Made by a program: the position numbers and the translations under genes. A model generated the notes under the pieces. The model saw only the letters and a program-made list of their open reading frames with translations. It searched no databases and was not told where the DNA came from. 64,000 nt of DNA, from NCBI GenBank assembly GCA_016933575.1, contig JAFGAR010000151.1, positions 64,001 through 128,000 on the forward strand. The letters are read 5' to 3'. Positions 38,482-48,946 of the stretch are shown here, in pieces. Each line of letters begins with the position of its first letter. Positions within the stretch are counted from its first letter, which is position 1. This DNA is from Candidatus Thorarchaeota archaeon. GTDB lineage: Archaea; Asgardarchaeota; Thorarchaeia; Thorarchaeales; Thorarchaeaceae.

Positions 38482-38862
38482 GTGTCTTCAGTGGGCGATG
38501 ATCCCTGCACTCTAAAAGAACTCACAGAGATGATACGCGACTTCGTTCGAGAACGTGATTGGGAACAATACAATCGACCTCTAAATCTTGCCATCTCCAC
38601 CTCAATTGAAGTCGGAGAGCTCTTGGAACTTTTCCAGTGGAAGAATGAAGCTGACATCGAGGTAGCACTAAACGATGAAAGATTTCGTGAAGATCTTGCT
38701 TCAGAGATAGCTGATGTTCTTGTATATCTATTAAGAGTAGCAGATACAACAGGTATTGATCCAACACAGGCTGTTATCGACAAGATGAAGAAGAATCGAG
38801 AAAAATATCCGATTGACTATTGGAGTGGGCGTGCACCAAGCAAGTTTAATCGTCCTGAGTAA
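38482..38862 (+). CDS. MazG-like nucleotide pyrophosphohydrolase (dCTP pyrophosphatase type)
   Basis: FVRERDWEQY.RP.NLA, EVGELLELFQW, EIADV, KMKKN.EKYP. Confidence 0.9.
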   Translation: MSSVGDDPCTLKELTEMIRDFVRERDWEQYNRPLNLAISTSIEVGELLELFQWKNEADIEVALNDERFREDLASEIADVLVYLLRVADTTGIDPTQAVIDKMKKNREKYPIDYWSGRAPSKFNRPE

Positions 38863-39643
38863 GGCGAGTATAGAGTCCTGGACGTCTATCTCTTAGCGAG
38901 TCATTGCGCGCAGTTATTGATTTGCTATCTGCAAGTTTCAATTCTACATCAGCCCATCCAATACCGCTATCTGAAAGACCCATCCGAACGAGTCTTTTCC
39001 CGTTTACATCAGTTATCTGCGACGATCCAGAGAACGTAACTCCTCTCTCCGTACCAGTTCTATTTGCAGTTGCAGTAAAGATATGGTTCTCAATTGATCG
39101 TGTGACCATTGCATCCTGACAATATGGTAGAACCAGATTTGAAGGGTGTAGGATAATCTGAGCTTGTTTTAGAGCAAGAATACGGGCAACCTCTGGAAAA
39201 GCCCAGTCAAAACATATCATGACTCCAAAACGATTCTCATTGTGCTCATACACTGGCGGTTCTTCGTTTCCTTGGAGAAACCAGTCGCGTTCATTTAAAA
39301 AGAGGTGTATCTTTCGGTAGGTCCCAAAATGCTTTCCATCTCCAAATGCTGCAGCTGAATTATGCAAGCCTTCTTTTGTACGCTCACAAATCCCTGCAAC
39401 CACAAATCTCCCATCTCTCGACCAAGATATGAGTTCCCTTGATGTCTGTCCTTCAGGAATGGATTCTGCAGAGGCTTCTACCTCTTCCCTGCTCTCGAAT
39501 ACATATCCAGAATTGCAGAGCTCAGGAAGAACAAGGACATCTATCTCCACATCCTTTGCCTCACTAAGAACATCCCTGATTATTTGCAGATTTCTCTTGT
39601 ATTCGGATACATGAGGCTCTATCTGTCCAACTGCTACTCTCAT
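38846..39643 (-). CDS. Nitrilase-superfamily carbon-nitrogen hydrolase
   Basis: Catalytic triad in LPELCNSGY, YRKIHLF, ICFDWAFPE. Confidence 0.9.
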   Translation of the reverse strand: MRVAVGQIEPHVSEYKRNLQIIRDVLSEAKDVEIDVLVLPELCNSGYVFESREEVEASAESIPEGQTSRELISWSRDGRFVVAGICERTKEGLHNSAAAFGDGKHFGTYRKIHLFLNERDWFLQGNEEPPVYEHNENRFGVMICFDWAFPEVARILALKQAQIILHPSNLVLPYCQDAMVTRSIENHIFTATANRTGTERGVTFSGSSQITDVNGKRLVRMGLSDSGIGWADVELKLADSKSITARNDSLRDRRPGLYTRLTQDD

Positions 39644-39699
39644 TGAAAGTCTCTCGATAATATCTTATGAAGACCAATGCTATGATTCCTTCGGTCTAT

Positions 39700-40560
39700 C
39701 TAGAAGAGAGCATGTTTCATGGCAGTCTGACAGTCACAACTTGCTTCTTTTGGAATATGAGAAATCATTTCGAATGTTAGTTTTCTCACTCTATCCACAT
39801 TTTGTGCCATTGTCTTCAAGACTAACTCGTGTGTAACTACCTCTTCTCCATGCACATCATAGTCGGTTGGCATACTAATGTTTACAAAACATATTCCTGC
39901 TTCTCGTGCTAATGCTGCTTCAGGATAGGCTGTCATACCAATAACATCGAATCCTTGGTTGTGATAGAACATTGATTCTGCTCTCGTTGAGAATCGAGGA
40001 CCATTGATACAGACATATGTTCCTTTGTCATGCACCTTATACCCAATCTTATCCGCTGTTTGAGCCGCGACTTTTCGGAGTTCCGGGCAGAATGGTTCAG
40101 CAAAGGCTAGATGTGCGATTGGACCACCTTCAAAGAATGTATCTTTTCTTACGCCAAAAGTCCTATCGAACAATTGGTCAGCAATTACAAATTCGCCAAG
40201 CTTGATTTTCTCTGGCTGAAGGCTTCCTGCAGCTGCTGGACTGATTATCCGCTTCACACCCAGAGCCTTCATTCCCCAGATATTAGCACGATAGTTTATG
40301 GCATGTGGCGGTATTGAATGTCCACGATCGTGCCTAGCTAAGAACACAAAGCTCCGACCTTTAACTGTGCCAAGTATGAAATTATCCGATGCTGCTCCGT
40401 AAGGAGTGAATATTTTCGCTTCAATTGGATTCTCAATGACTGTAGCGTCGTAGTTGCCGCTCCCCCCAAACATACCAATCTCAACGGGTAGAAGATTATG
40501 CAATTCTTCTGTCTGATTTCGGTCAACTGGTACTATTGACAAATTTGCTTCAAATGCCAA
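39700..40560 (-). CDS. mtnP: S-methyl-5'-thioadenosine phosphorylase
   Basis: GGSG, FLARH..H.IPPH.INYRANIW, GPRFSTRAES, GMT..PEA.LARE, TDYD. Confidence 0.9.
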   Translation of the reverse strand: MAFEANLSIVPVDRNQTEELHNLLPVEIGMFGGSGNYDATVIENPIEAKIFTPYGAASDNFILGTVKGRSFVFLARHDRGHSIPPHAINYRANIWGMKALGVKRIISPAAAGSLQPEKIKLGEFVIADQLFDRTFGVRKDTFFEGGPIAHLAFAEPFCPELRKVAAQTADKIGYKVHDKGTYVCINGPRFSTRAESMFYHNQGFDVIGMTAYPEAALAREAGICFVNISMPTDYDVHGEEVVTHELVLKTMAQNVDRVRKLTFEMISHIPKEASCDCQTAMKHALF

Positions 40561-40572
40561 CTTTCATACACC

Positions 40573-41238
40573 TCATTTATTTAATTTCCATGCCTTATCC
40601 AGTGGGTATTCAATTTTTCCTAGAAATCCCATGTGTGCCTTTATCTTTGAGAGTTGATCGTCTGCGAGTACAATATTATTGTATTCACGGAGATGTTTCT
40701 TCAACTCCATTGTACTCAGCTCAGTTACTTTCTCACCCTCGAAGATCTTGACTATGAGTGATGACACATCTTCATAGAAGTTCCATGGGAAGATTTCCCA
40801 TGCCCAAGTCACCTCGACCCCATAGTAATCAGGTGTAAATTTGGAACCAGCAATATGCATGAGCGTTGCACTCTTCACCTCAGACGGTCCGCACCCCTTA
40901 ACATGATCCACAGCAGTGGTAAGGCTTTCTCCTGTGTCGGTAATGTCATCAATTACGAGAACACGTTTGCCAGTTACATCAACAGTTAGTGGACATGTGA
41001 GCTTTGCTTTTCCATCTCTTGTGGCTGTAACACCCCAATGGTCTACTTTTACAGAGTACAACTCCTTGACGCCTAAGAGGTCACATGCAATTCGTGCATG
41101 TACCCAACCTCCCCTTGCGATTCCGACGATCACTTCAGGTCGCCACTTGGACTCTTTTACTTTCTTAGCAGTCTGGTACGCATAATCATAGATATCATCA
41201 AAATCAAGTACATAACATAGAGGACCCTTAAGTTCCAT
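40573..41238 (-). CDS. Purine phosphoribosyltransferase (type I PRT)
   Basis: GIARGG, VLVIDDITDTGESL, WEIFPW; probable start ATG 41238. Confidence 0.88.
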   Translation of the reverse strand: MELKGPLCYVLDFDDIYDYAYQTAKKVKESKWRPEVIVGIARGGWVHARIACDLLGVKELYSVKVDHWGVTATRDGKAKLTCPLTVDVTGKRVLVIDDITDTGESLTTAVDHVKGCGPSEVKSATLMHIAGSKFTPDYYGVEVTWAWEIFPWNFYEDVSSLIVKIFEGEKVTELSTMELKKHLREYNNIVLADDQLSKIKAHMGFLGKIEYPLDKAWKLNK

Positions 41239-41352
41239 AGCATTCAGCCACCATGCCAAATTCAGAATGACATCGATAAAAGTGTGACTCTTTCATCTTT
41301 TTATTATCAATAAGAGTAATAGGAGCCTCTGCTGAGATATTGAATGATATCA

Positions 41353-41667
41353 ATGTCTAACGAGTGTAAGTGTATAGGAAAAGAGCCTCGGAAAATCATA
41401 GCTCGTGTGATCAGTCAGGAAGGACATTGTGCCATTGGTCACAAGGTTGGAGATACAATCGAATTTGATCATTATGGTGCAAGAGGTGACATATGCATCA
41501 ATGCACTCTTTACTATGTTGCCTGTAGTCTATGCAATGATGCACAATGCTTTCTTTCCGTGGTCAAAGGACCATTGCAAAGAGCTTCATGCATGCCCAGA
41601 CCCTGAGAATCCAGTAGTTTTCGAGCTGGATAGGTCTCAAAGCATGGAAAGAAAAGCAACTGGGTGA
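41353..41667 (+). CDS. TIGR04076-like Cys-containing protein
   Basis: GHCAIGHKVGD.I.F, IC..AL, CPDP.NPVVFEL. Confidence 0.7.
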   Translation: MSNECKCIGKEPRKIIARVISQEGHCAIGHKVGDTIEFDHYGARGDICINALFTMLPVVYAMMHNAFFPWSKDHCKELHACPDPENPVVFELDRSQSMERKATG

Positions 41668-41669
41668 GT

Positions 41670-42506
41670 TCAGAGAATCTTGAGAAGCAGAGAATCATAC
41701 TCACCTGGTCGAAACCTAAGATGTAGACGAATACTATCTCCAGCTTTGACCTCGTGGGATTCTTCTAGAGGCAAGAAGACTTCCCTCCATCCATCCTCCA
41801 TCTGAAGAGTGATTTGTCTATTCAGGATGCAATCAAACATTCCACATAATCCATGTAATGTACCATTCTCGACTATTTCGAATTGAAGTATTCTATCGAC
41901 AAAAGCGTCCGGATTTAGTTCTGTCAGATTGAAACTGACTAGCTCTATGAGGTTTGCAAGATCCCTGCTCTCGATTCGATCAGTGGTCTGAATGACGCGG
42001 GGAAAGGTTAGATCTTCGACATTGAATCTAATCCATTGAGTTTCATTTTCAACTGGTACCACAAAAAGATTGACACGCTCAGGAATGATATGACCTGTAG
42101 GTTTCAAGAGTCTAGATACAGCATACGTACTGGCAGGTATTTGCTGTTCGATTAGCATCAGCGATGATAACATTTCGCAAATAACTACATCCGCAAGTTC
42201 AGTTGGGATGAACACAGAATAATGCGAGTTGACGAAGTCTATTCTATCTTGGACACCATTTAACTGAGCAGCTTTTTGAGCGTAGACAAGTGATTCTTTA
42301 TTGATATCGATAGCTGTGACTCTTGCGCCTGCTTTTGCTGCAATAATTGCAAGGACTCCTGTACCAGTTCCTATGTCAATTACATAATCATCAGGTCTAA
42401 CAACTCCCTCAATGGCCTCTTTGAATTTCCTCAGTCTACCCCGATGACTAAGCAGACTCGCAGCATGAAGCACCGAGAATGGTGTTGCATATTCTCTATT
42501 CGTCAT
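41670..42506 (-). CDS. SAM-dependent methyltransferase, protein-arginine methyltransferase (PRMT)-like
   Basis: VIDIGTGTGVL; double-E-like loop CEMLSSLMLIEQ; LLKPTGHIIP; C-terminal barrel with LHGLCGMFD and WREVFLPL. Confidence 0.75.
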   Translation of the reverse strand: MTNREYATPFSVLHAASLLSHRGRLRKFKEAIEGVVRPDDYVIDIGTGTGVLAIIAAKAGARVTAIDINKESLVYAQKAAQLNGVQDRIDFVNSHYSVFIPTELADVVICEMLSSLMLIEQQIPASTYAVSRLLKPTGHIIPERVNLFVVPVENETQWIRFNVEDLTFPRVIQTTDRIESRDLANLIELVSFNLTELNPDAFVDRILQFEIVENGTLHGLCGMFDCILNRQITLQMEDGWREVFLPLEESHEVKAGDSIRLHLRFRPGEYDSLLLKIL

Positions 42507-42601
42507 TATTTTTCCCCTATCAATGTCTCTTTATAATATGAATTATGCAATTTTGTAACGGAAAAAGGGATGTTTATCCCTGATGGAAGGCTGTATATTC
42601 A

Positions 42602-43762
42602 GTGACTGAAAAGGTTCTGGAGTCTGCAAGGAAAGCTCTTGAAGAATGTAGACCGCATGATGCAATCGTTGCACTTGAACCTCTTGTTGAATATGATGAT
42701 GAAGATGTTGACGCACTTGTCTGCCTGGGAATAGCTTATGTTCAAGCCGAGATGCCCGAGAAAGCTGTCGATGTACTCAGTCGAGCAGATGAGCTTGTTG
42801 AAATGCACTATGTAGTAGAGCTCTTTCTAGGACGTGCTCTTTGGGCACTTGGTAAAATTGAAGCAGCTGAAGATCGTATTCGTGAAGCACTGAAACTCGA
42901 TTCGACTGAACCAGAACCATGGATTGATCTCGGTCGAATCATGATGCAAAAAAAGGAATATCGTGATGCTATCGATCATCTTAGACTCGCACTCAGCCAT
43001 TTTCCCGATGAGATAACTCTTGTTTTTCTCCACGCTCTTGTTTTATACAGACTTGGAGATTTCACAGCTGCAACTGAGGAATGGGGGCGTGTTCATAGAC
43101 TTCAGCCCAATCTCATGACAGCAATCTCAAACTATGCATACATTCTACTCCTTCAAAATCGTGTCTTTGAAGCTGCTCCTTTTGTTGGACATGCTAATAC
43201 CATGGATCCTGATGACTATAGGTCTCTTATTCTATTGGGTGAACTTCGATATCAATCTGGAGATCACGAAGGCGCGTTGGAATGTTTTGGTAAGGTTCTA
43301 GATTTAGATCCAATCAATATTGAAGCATTATCAAGAATGGCAGTCATTTCTCATAATGCTAAGAATGATGTTGCGGCGAAGGAGTACCTACGACGGGCAG
43401 AACTTGAATTGGGACGTGATCCAGAATCTTGGAGAGGGCTTTGTTCTTCATATCCTCTATTAGATATGCAGGAAGATTATGTTGACTGTCTTATTCGATG
43501 GACCAAAGCTGATAAAAATTCAGCTGCACCTTGGGTCATACTTGCTCATGAATATGACAAAGTGGGGAAGATCGAATATGCAAGAAATACTTGGCGTGTT
43601 GTGTTCGAACTTCGAGGGTATGTGAAGTGCAGATGTGCATCCTGTGAAAATGAGAAGAGAATACCTTACAACAGCACACTTGGTTTTGATGTGTACTCTG
43701 ATTTGATCTGCGAGTCATGTGGTTCGGTGATGCGTATGCCTGCATCGATGCCAATCGATTAA
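42602..43762 (+). CDS. TPR protein with C-terminal Zn ribbon
   Basis: About 8 TPRs; CASC...CESC. Confidence 0.85.
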   Translation: MTEKVLESARKALEECRPHDAIVALEPLVEYDDEDVDALVCLGIAYVQAEMPEKAVDVLSRADELVEMHYVVELFLGRALWALGKIEAAEDRIREALKLDSTEPEPWIDLGRIMMQKKEYRDAIDHLRLALSHFPDEITLVFLHALVLYRLGDFTAATEEWGRVHRLQPNLMTAISNYAYILLLQNRVFEAAPFVGHANTMDPDDYRSLILLGELRYQSGDHEGALECFGKVLDLDPINIEALSRMAVISHNAKNDVAAKEYLRRAELELGRDPESWRGLCSSYPLLDMQEDYVDCLIRWTKADKNSAAPWVILAHEYDKVGKIEYARNTWRVVFELRGYVKCRCASCENEKRIPYNSTLGFDVYSDLICESCGSVMRMPASMPID

Positions 43763-43776
43763 ACGATGTGAGATGA

Positions 43777-44223
43777 ATGAGTGATAGACGATATCCTTCT
43801 CATCCAATTCCTGGTGTCGGTGCTATAATTGTTGGCAAGAAGGGGATTCTTTTAGCAAGGCGTGATAAAGATCCTGGAAAGAGTCTTTGGAGCATTCCTG
43901 GGGGCGGCGTGGAGATTGGAGAGACTCAAATCGAGGCTGTCCAGCGCGAAGTAAAAGAGGAAACCAATATCGATTGCGAGGTAATTGAACTTATCAGCAC
44001 TTTTGATCTTATAACGCACGATACAGCTGGCAATATCGAATACCATTTCTTATTGAATCACTATCTTGGAAGGGCTCTCAGTGAGAAGACACAGGCTGAA
44101 ACCTCAGATGGTGAAGTATCTTGGTTCCATCCGGATAAGTTGCCACATGATATGGCGAATGCTAGGATCACGAATCTCATATTATCACATCGAGAAAGGA
44201 TACTCCTGTTAATGAGGGCATAA
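43777..44223 (+). CDS. NUDIX hydrolase (ADP-ribose pyrophosphatase-like)
   Basis: Nudix box GGGVEIGETQIEAVQREVKEET. Confidence 0.92.
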   Translation: MSDRRYPSHPIPGVGAIIVGKKGILLARRDKDPGKSLWSIPGGGVEIGETQIEAVQREVKEETNIDCEVIELISTFDLITHDTAGNIEYHFLLNHYLGRALSEKTQAETSDGEVSWFHPDKLPHDMANARITNLILSHRERILLLMRA

Positions 44224-44327
44224 TAGACCAAATTGAGCCATTCCTGAAAATTGCTAAGAAATATAAGAATCTCCGTGCTGAACATTTGTTAACAGCAATT
44301 TCCTTTGCAAAGGAAGAGTTGATTACA

Positions 44328-44789
44328 ATGTTCAGAACTATAATCGCATTACTAATAACACTAGTTACAGCTGTTTTGATCGGAGCTTTCCAAATACTAG
44401 GTCTTGATCTTACTACAATTCAAGCTATCATTGGTAGCACAGACATTACCAGTGACCTTATGGTACTCGGTGGAACCTTATTTGCCTCACTTCTATTTCC
44501 ATATACTGCTGCTCAAGCAAGCATCTTTGCACCGCTAGTTGCACTTGGTGTTGCTGGATTTATCGCTGGATTGATTTCTAAGAGTGGTGTTCGCATGCTC
44601 TTTGTTTCAATCTTTGCATTGGTTCTCTTCTTCTTAGGATTCTATATCCTGACCCTTGCCGGTGATCCAAGCAACTTCAATGGCATGTTCACTGTAGCTC
44701 GCAATATGGTAATTGACTTAGGTGTTGCATTCGGACTCCTCTTCATACCTGGAATCATTGGAGCATCACTAACAGCAGAAGACTACTAG
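44328..44789 (+). CDS. Membrane protein (4-5 TM)
   Basis: Hydrophobic throughout; probable start ATG 44328. Confidence 0.7.
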   Translation: MFRTIIALLITLVTAVLIGAFQILGLDLTTIQAIIGSTDITSDLMVLGGTLFASLLFPYTAAQASIFAPLVALGVAGFIAGLISKSGVRMLFVSIFALVLFFLGFYILTLAGDPSNFNGMFTVARNMVIDLGVAFGLLFIPGIIGASLTAEDY

Positions 44790-44809
44790 TTAATTTACTT
44801 TAGTAGAAC

Positions 44810-44827
44810 TGGGGGTTTTAACCCCCA
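44810..44827. terminator. Hairpin between convergent genes
   Basis: TGGGGGT/ACCCCCA stem. Confidence 0.5.
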
Positions 44828-46363
44828 TCACTCCTTTTTTTCAGAGCTGTTCTTATTTGATGATTTTAGAACTTCCCACATTTCATTGGAAGAGCGTCTG
44901 AGAAATTCATCAAGATGATCCTTTTGTACAAAAGCGCCAGCGGCCATGGGATGACCACCTGCTTCAGCGACAAGCATTCCATGAGTTTCATTCATGAAAT
45001 CGGCAACTGAAACGAAGGTTTCCTTTAGATTTATGCCTCTCTTGATCAAGTCCTTGTAGGCACGACCGGAGAGTTTTGCTAGGGGGCTGTCATTGGTTGT
45101 GTTAATACTCACACCAACCACTGGTTTATCGACGGGAATTATTCTCGAACCTTGGGCCATACCTATGACAACACCGATTATTGTGTCTGGTATCTCTGGG
45201 TCGTTTACGAGATAGAAACCCGGCATAGTAACAAAACCCCCATCCTCAAGACGTCGTAGAGCCATGGCAAGATTCTTCCGATGTTCTTGTAGTAAGTACC
45301 TACCTTCACTAATTGCATCTGGGTCTCCTAGACATACTTTGACGCCAACCTCTGGTTTTCGATTTCTTCCGCATGCATTTAATAGAGTGGAGAATTCTTT
45401 TGCACTTCTCATCTCCGTCTTCTTTGGTCTCTTTGTCAGAATCACAACATCGCCAATCAAGCCTTGAGCTATATTGGGATCATTATATACCTCAATGATG
45501 TTCTGAATTAGGTGTTGAATAATTAGCTGCTTCTCGTCAGATTCAAGACTGACCCATGTTCTCCATTCATCATTTTTATCTTTCAACTCAATATTGAGAT
45601 TCTCAAAGAACTCAAAGCATGCTGGTTCTACTCCAGTAATTCCCGGCAAGTACGGGTCTGTTGCATATTGAAGCAGGTATGGCAGAGGACGTGTATGTAT
45701 CCCAAAGAAGGTAAGGTCTCGGCTTACCTTGAGAGTTCCTGCAATCTCTCCCAATTCGAGTATCTTGCGATTAAGTCCAGTAAAGCCTTTTCCGTAATAA
45801 TCCTGAAGGTCTCCAGTAGCTCCAACAATTGCGAGTTCCGTCAAGTCAAGATTGCTTGGTGATAGAAACAGCGCAAATAGGAAGGCAACACCAGCCCCGG
45901 AGAGTTCAAAGCTGCCATTCAATCCATGTTGGCATGGATTAATTTCTATCACCTTGTTACCCAAAGAGGATGATTCAACTTCAACGATCTCTTCGGAAGG
46001 TAAGTGATGATCTAGCACAATAATATGCTTTAGACTCTCTAATGTTGCAATATGATTCCTAATTAGAGTAATCTGCCCAGTTCCAAAATCACTGAATAGA
46101 ACAGTATCTGGTTGATACTTTTCAATTTCATTTTTGATGTCAATAATTGTTTCCGAATTAATTTGGTGAATATTTCGCCACTCGATCTTCTTATCTTCGC
46201 GTTCAATAGCCTGGATCACGATGGCCAATGCAGAAATGCCATCTGCATCAATATGAGAGAACGCCATCACCTTGTGAGAATCTTTTACGATTCGTGCTGC
46301 ATCTCTGAGGAGTTCTAACATAGATTCCGGTATTGACTCGAGAAGATTTTCCATGTCTACCAC
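44828..46363 (-). CDS. Archaeal RecJ/GAN (Cdc45 homolog), DHH phosphoesterase
   Basis: HIDADG, SDFG, LDHH, GATGDLQ, insertion TRPL..LQY..DPYLPGITG, DHHA1 motif AGGHPMAAG. Confidence 0.88.
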   Translation of the reverse strand: MVDMENLLESIPESMLELLRDAARIVKDSHKVMAFSHIDADGISALAIVIQAIEREDKKIEWRNIHQINSETIIDIKNEIEKYQPDTVLFSDFGTGQITLIRNHIATLESLKHIIVLDHHLPSEEIVEVESSSLGNKVIEINPCQHGLNGSFELSGAGVAFLFALFLSPSNLDLTELAIVGATGDLQDYYGKGFTGLNRKILELGEIAGTLKVSRDLTFFGIHTRPLPYLLQYATDPYLPGITGVEPACFEFFENLNIELKDKNDEWRTWVSLESDEKQLIIQHLIQNIIEVYNDPNIAQGLIGDVVILTKRPKKTEMRSAKEFSTLLNACGRNRKPEVGVKVCLGDPDAISEGRYLLQEHRKNLAMALRRLEDGGFVTMPGFYLVNDPEIPDTIIGVVIGMAQGSRIIPVDKPVVGVSINTTNDSPLAKLSGRAYKDLIKRGINLKETFVSVADFMNETHGMLVAEAGGHPMAAGAFVQKDHLDEFLRRSSNEMWEVLKSSNKNSSEKKE

Positions 46364-46429
46364 GAATACCTTTTACTCTCTAGAATATAAGTAGGCCTCT
46401 CTTATATCGTGAGTGTCCCAAGAGCTTGG

Positions 46430-46768
46430 TTAATCTGTTGCTCTAAAGACTCTGGATATTGCTAAGAAGAGTATGAGAAACACACTAGCAACTGCTGCAA
46501 TTGCTTTGGCAGCCTTTTGCCAAAAATTAAGTGGTATCTCAATATCACGAAGATCATTCTTCACTCGTTTAAGATATACTCGTTTTTCGGTATAAAGCGC
46601 ATCTTGATTGTCACTCTTTACTGAGAAACGTTCCCAACTCTCGAATAGAGGTGTTTCAGGATTAGTTCTCAACCACTCCTCCCAGAGCTGTAGGATTTCT
46701 TCACGATGTGGTTCTGGGAATCCTTCAATTATGCTACGAATATGGTCTTCCCAATTGTCAATTGTCAT
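46430..46768 (-). CDS. Small protein with C-terminal TM helix
   Basis: 112-aa ORF; SD GAGGTG. Confidence 0.65.
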   Translation of the reverse strand: MTIDNWEDHIRSIIEGFPEPHREEILQLWEEWLRTNPETPLFESWERFSVKSDNQDALYTEKRVYLKRVKNDLRDIEIPLNFWQKAAKAIAAVASVFLILFLAISRVFRATD

Positions 46769-46958
46769 CTTTTATTGTGCACCTCTGATTTCCCGGTCAA
46801 GTACTATTAATTTCGACTTAATTTTTCTATTAAATGTTGACTTAATTCCATTCTAGCATTTGTCAATAGCGCGAAACATTGTTTCCAAATTTATTACTCC
46901 TCTTTGCCTTTAAGTAGTCCTAAAGAAGCATTATGTGAATGCTTTCAGGATATTGTCA

Positions 46959-47492
46959 TTATCGCATCTTGGAGATTTCGCGGCTCCACTCTTTGATATC
47001 ATCTCTAAGCTTTTGGAGATCTGAAGGACTTATTGTATCAACGCGACCATAAGTACGAAGAATACGTGTCCATCTCTGCATCTTTACTATGAGACCTCCT
47101 GATGCCCCCTTGCTCTCAAGCATATCTGCTGAATCGTTTATTTTCTGTGCAAGGTCACTAGCAATGACTCCCTCTCGAATTTGAGTTTCAAGAGTATCAA
47201 GTACAGCCTGATGGGATGATACTGCTCCTTTTTGACTAATTGATGGGCCACTACTAGCAGCACTAGGTCCTGCTTGTTTGATGTTCTTTACAGTCTCAAG
47301 TATCTCTTCAATTCTCTCAGCATTGGCGTTCACAGCTAATGCAATATCTGATTGAGCCTCCTGAACCTCAGTGATCTTCGCAATGACCTCAATCATTCTG
47401 TTCAGCATCTGAGTGAGTCTCTCAATGGCTCCATTTATTTCTGTGAGCTTAGCTCTTAGGTACGTGTCTTCTTCACTCATTATGATCCCCAC
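46959..47492 (-). CDS. Coiled-coil hypothetical protein
   Basis: N-terminal heptads, S/A-rich linker, helical C-terminal domain. Confidence 0.7.
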   Translation of the reverse strand: MGIIMSEEDTYLRAKLTEINGAIERLTQMLNRMIEVIAKITEVQEAQSDIALAVNANAERIEEILETVKNIKQAGPSAASSGPSISQKGAVSSHQAVLDTLETQIREGVIASDLAQKINDSADMLESKGASGGLIVKMQRWTRILRTYGRVDTISPSDLQKLRDDIKEWSREISKMR

Positions 47493-47677
47493 TTTAGTGG
47501 TCTGCGCATCGTCTATATAATATCAGTGACATACTTACTCCGAAGATTAAGCTTTCTGTGGCGTTTACTCTTTATCTATATCAGATGTACATAACCGAAT
47601 ATCTATATTCAGCATCAGAAAACATCACTCCTGACCAGATATCATATCTGGCTGTTCTCAGGAGGTAATCTACCCTA

Positions 47678-48031
47678 ATGTATGTGGTCAGTTACAAGGA
47701 GCGCGAATTGAAAGACGTTGAAATGGATGGGGTGCAAAAGGTAACGGTTCGCTGGTTGATTGGGAAACAAACAGGTGCGCGAACCTATGCCATGCGATTA
47801 TTTGAGATAGCTCCAGGTGGTATCATTCCCTTGCACAACCATGAAGAAGAGCATGAGATTTTCGTTCTTAACGGCAAAGCGAAGCTTCTGGGTAATATCG
47901 AGGGTATTGCTAAGAAGGATGATATCGTATATGTTCCTTCAAATGAACTGCATGGTTATGATAATACAGAAGGGAAGGAAGTCTTCAAGTTCATTTGCGT
48001 TATTCCACTAATTGAGAAGGAAAATGCATAA
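47678..48031 (+). CDS. Cupin domain protein
   Basis: PLHNHEEEHEIFVL.G, VPSNELHG; SD GGAGGT. Confidence 0.9.
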   Translation: MYVVSYKERELKDVEMDGVQKVTVRWLIGKQTGARTYAMRLFEIAPGGIIPLHNHEEEHEIFVLNGKAKLLGNIEGIAKKDDIVYVPSNELHGYDNTEGKEVFKFICVIPLIEKENA

Positions 48032-48092
48032 GTTACAACTCACTAGGTATCTTTTTCACTGTACCACGTGAGGCAGGATGAGAGCTGGTAGT

Positions 48093-48899
48093 ATGAATCT
48101 TAGTGGAAAGAAACTCTGGATCTTTGATGTCGATAACACCTTGATTCTAGATGTTGAACACCCGAATCCCTTTGATGATGCACTCAAACTATGGAATGCA
48201 CTTGAGAAAAGAGATGTTACTCTTGCGATTCTAACTAACGTAGGAAGATTATCTGGAAGGCAGGTTCATGAAGCTCTAAAGAAAGCTGGATTTAATCTTC
48301 CTATTGAGAATGTATATACTGCTGGGGCGGCAGCAGCAGCTTATATACATAACAGGTCTTCAGGTGCTCGATGTTTCATAATTGGCGAGGGTGGAGCACA
48401 GGAGGATTTTGTTTCGCATGGTCTTGATGTGACGAATAATCCACCAATTGATTATGTTGCTGTTGGTGCAGACCGCGGCATGACTTTTCAAGAGTTGAAC
48501 TTTGCAACAAAGATGGTAAATCAGGGTGCTCGACTCATTTGTATCAGTGGAAGTCGGGACTACCCTGGAGTATATCTTGGGCAGGAAGATATATACATTG
48601 GAGAACGTTCGATTGTTGCCGCTATTGAACATGCTACTGGAGTTGAGGCTATTGTCGTTGGGAAGCCATTGCCTGAGATTGTTATCGAAACAGTCAAGAT
48701 CTTAGGTTTCGATACTTCTGAATCTATCATTATTGGGGATAATCCTCGATCTGATGTAGCTGGCGGAAAGGCGGCTGGAGTTACTACAGTACTTGTTCAA
48801 CGAGACCCCGATAATATTGTAGACTTTGATTCTGGCGATTTGGATACTACTCCTGATATCGATGTGACTAGTTTGGAAGAGCTCATCGAGTATCTGTAG
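48093..48899 (+). CDS. HAD-IIA (NagD-like) hydrolase
   Basis: FDVDNTL, LTN, VGKP, IGDNPRSDVAGG. Confidence 0.9.
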   Translation: MNLSGKKLWIFDVDNTLILDVEHPNPFDDALKLWNALEKRDVTLAILTNVGRLSGRQVHEALKKAGFNLPIENVYTAGAAAAAYIHNRSSGARCFIIGEGGAQEDFVSHGLDVTNNPPIDYVAVGADRGMTFQELNFATKMVNQGARLICISGSRDYPGVYLGQEDIYIGERSIVAAIEHATGVEAIVVGKPLPEIVIETVKILGFDTSESIIIGDNPRSDVAGGKAAGVTTVLVQRDPDNIVDFDSGDLDTTPDIDVTSLEELIEYL

Positions 48900-48946
48900 C
48901 CAGTCCTCTAAAAACACTCATAGGCTGAAGTTTTCTATGAACACCT

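Noticed and set aside
41344-41667. Possible selenoprotein (UGA readthrough)
   Set aside because: Conserved positions are Cys codons, the UGA is terminal and abuts a convergent gene, and no SECIS-like hairpin is evident
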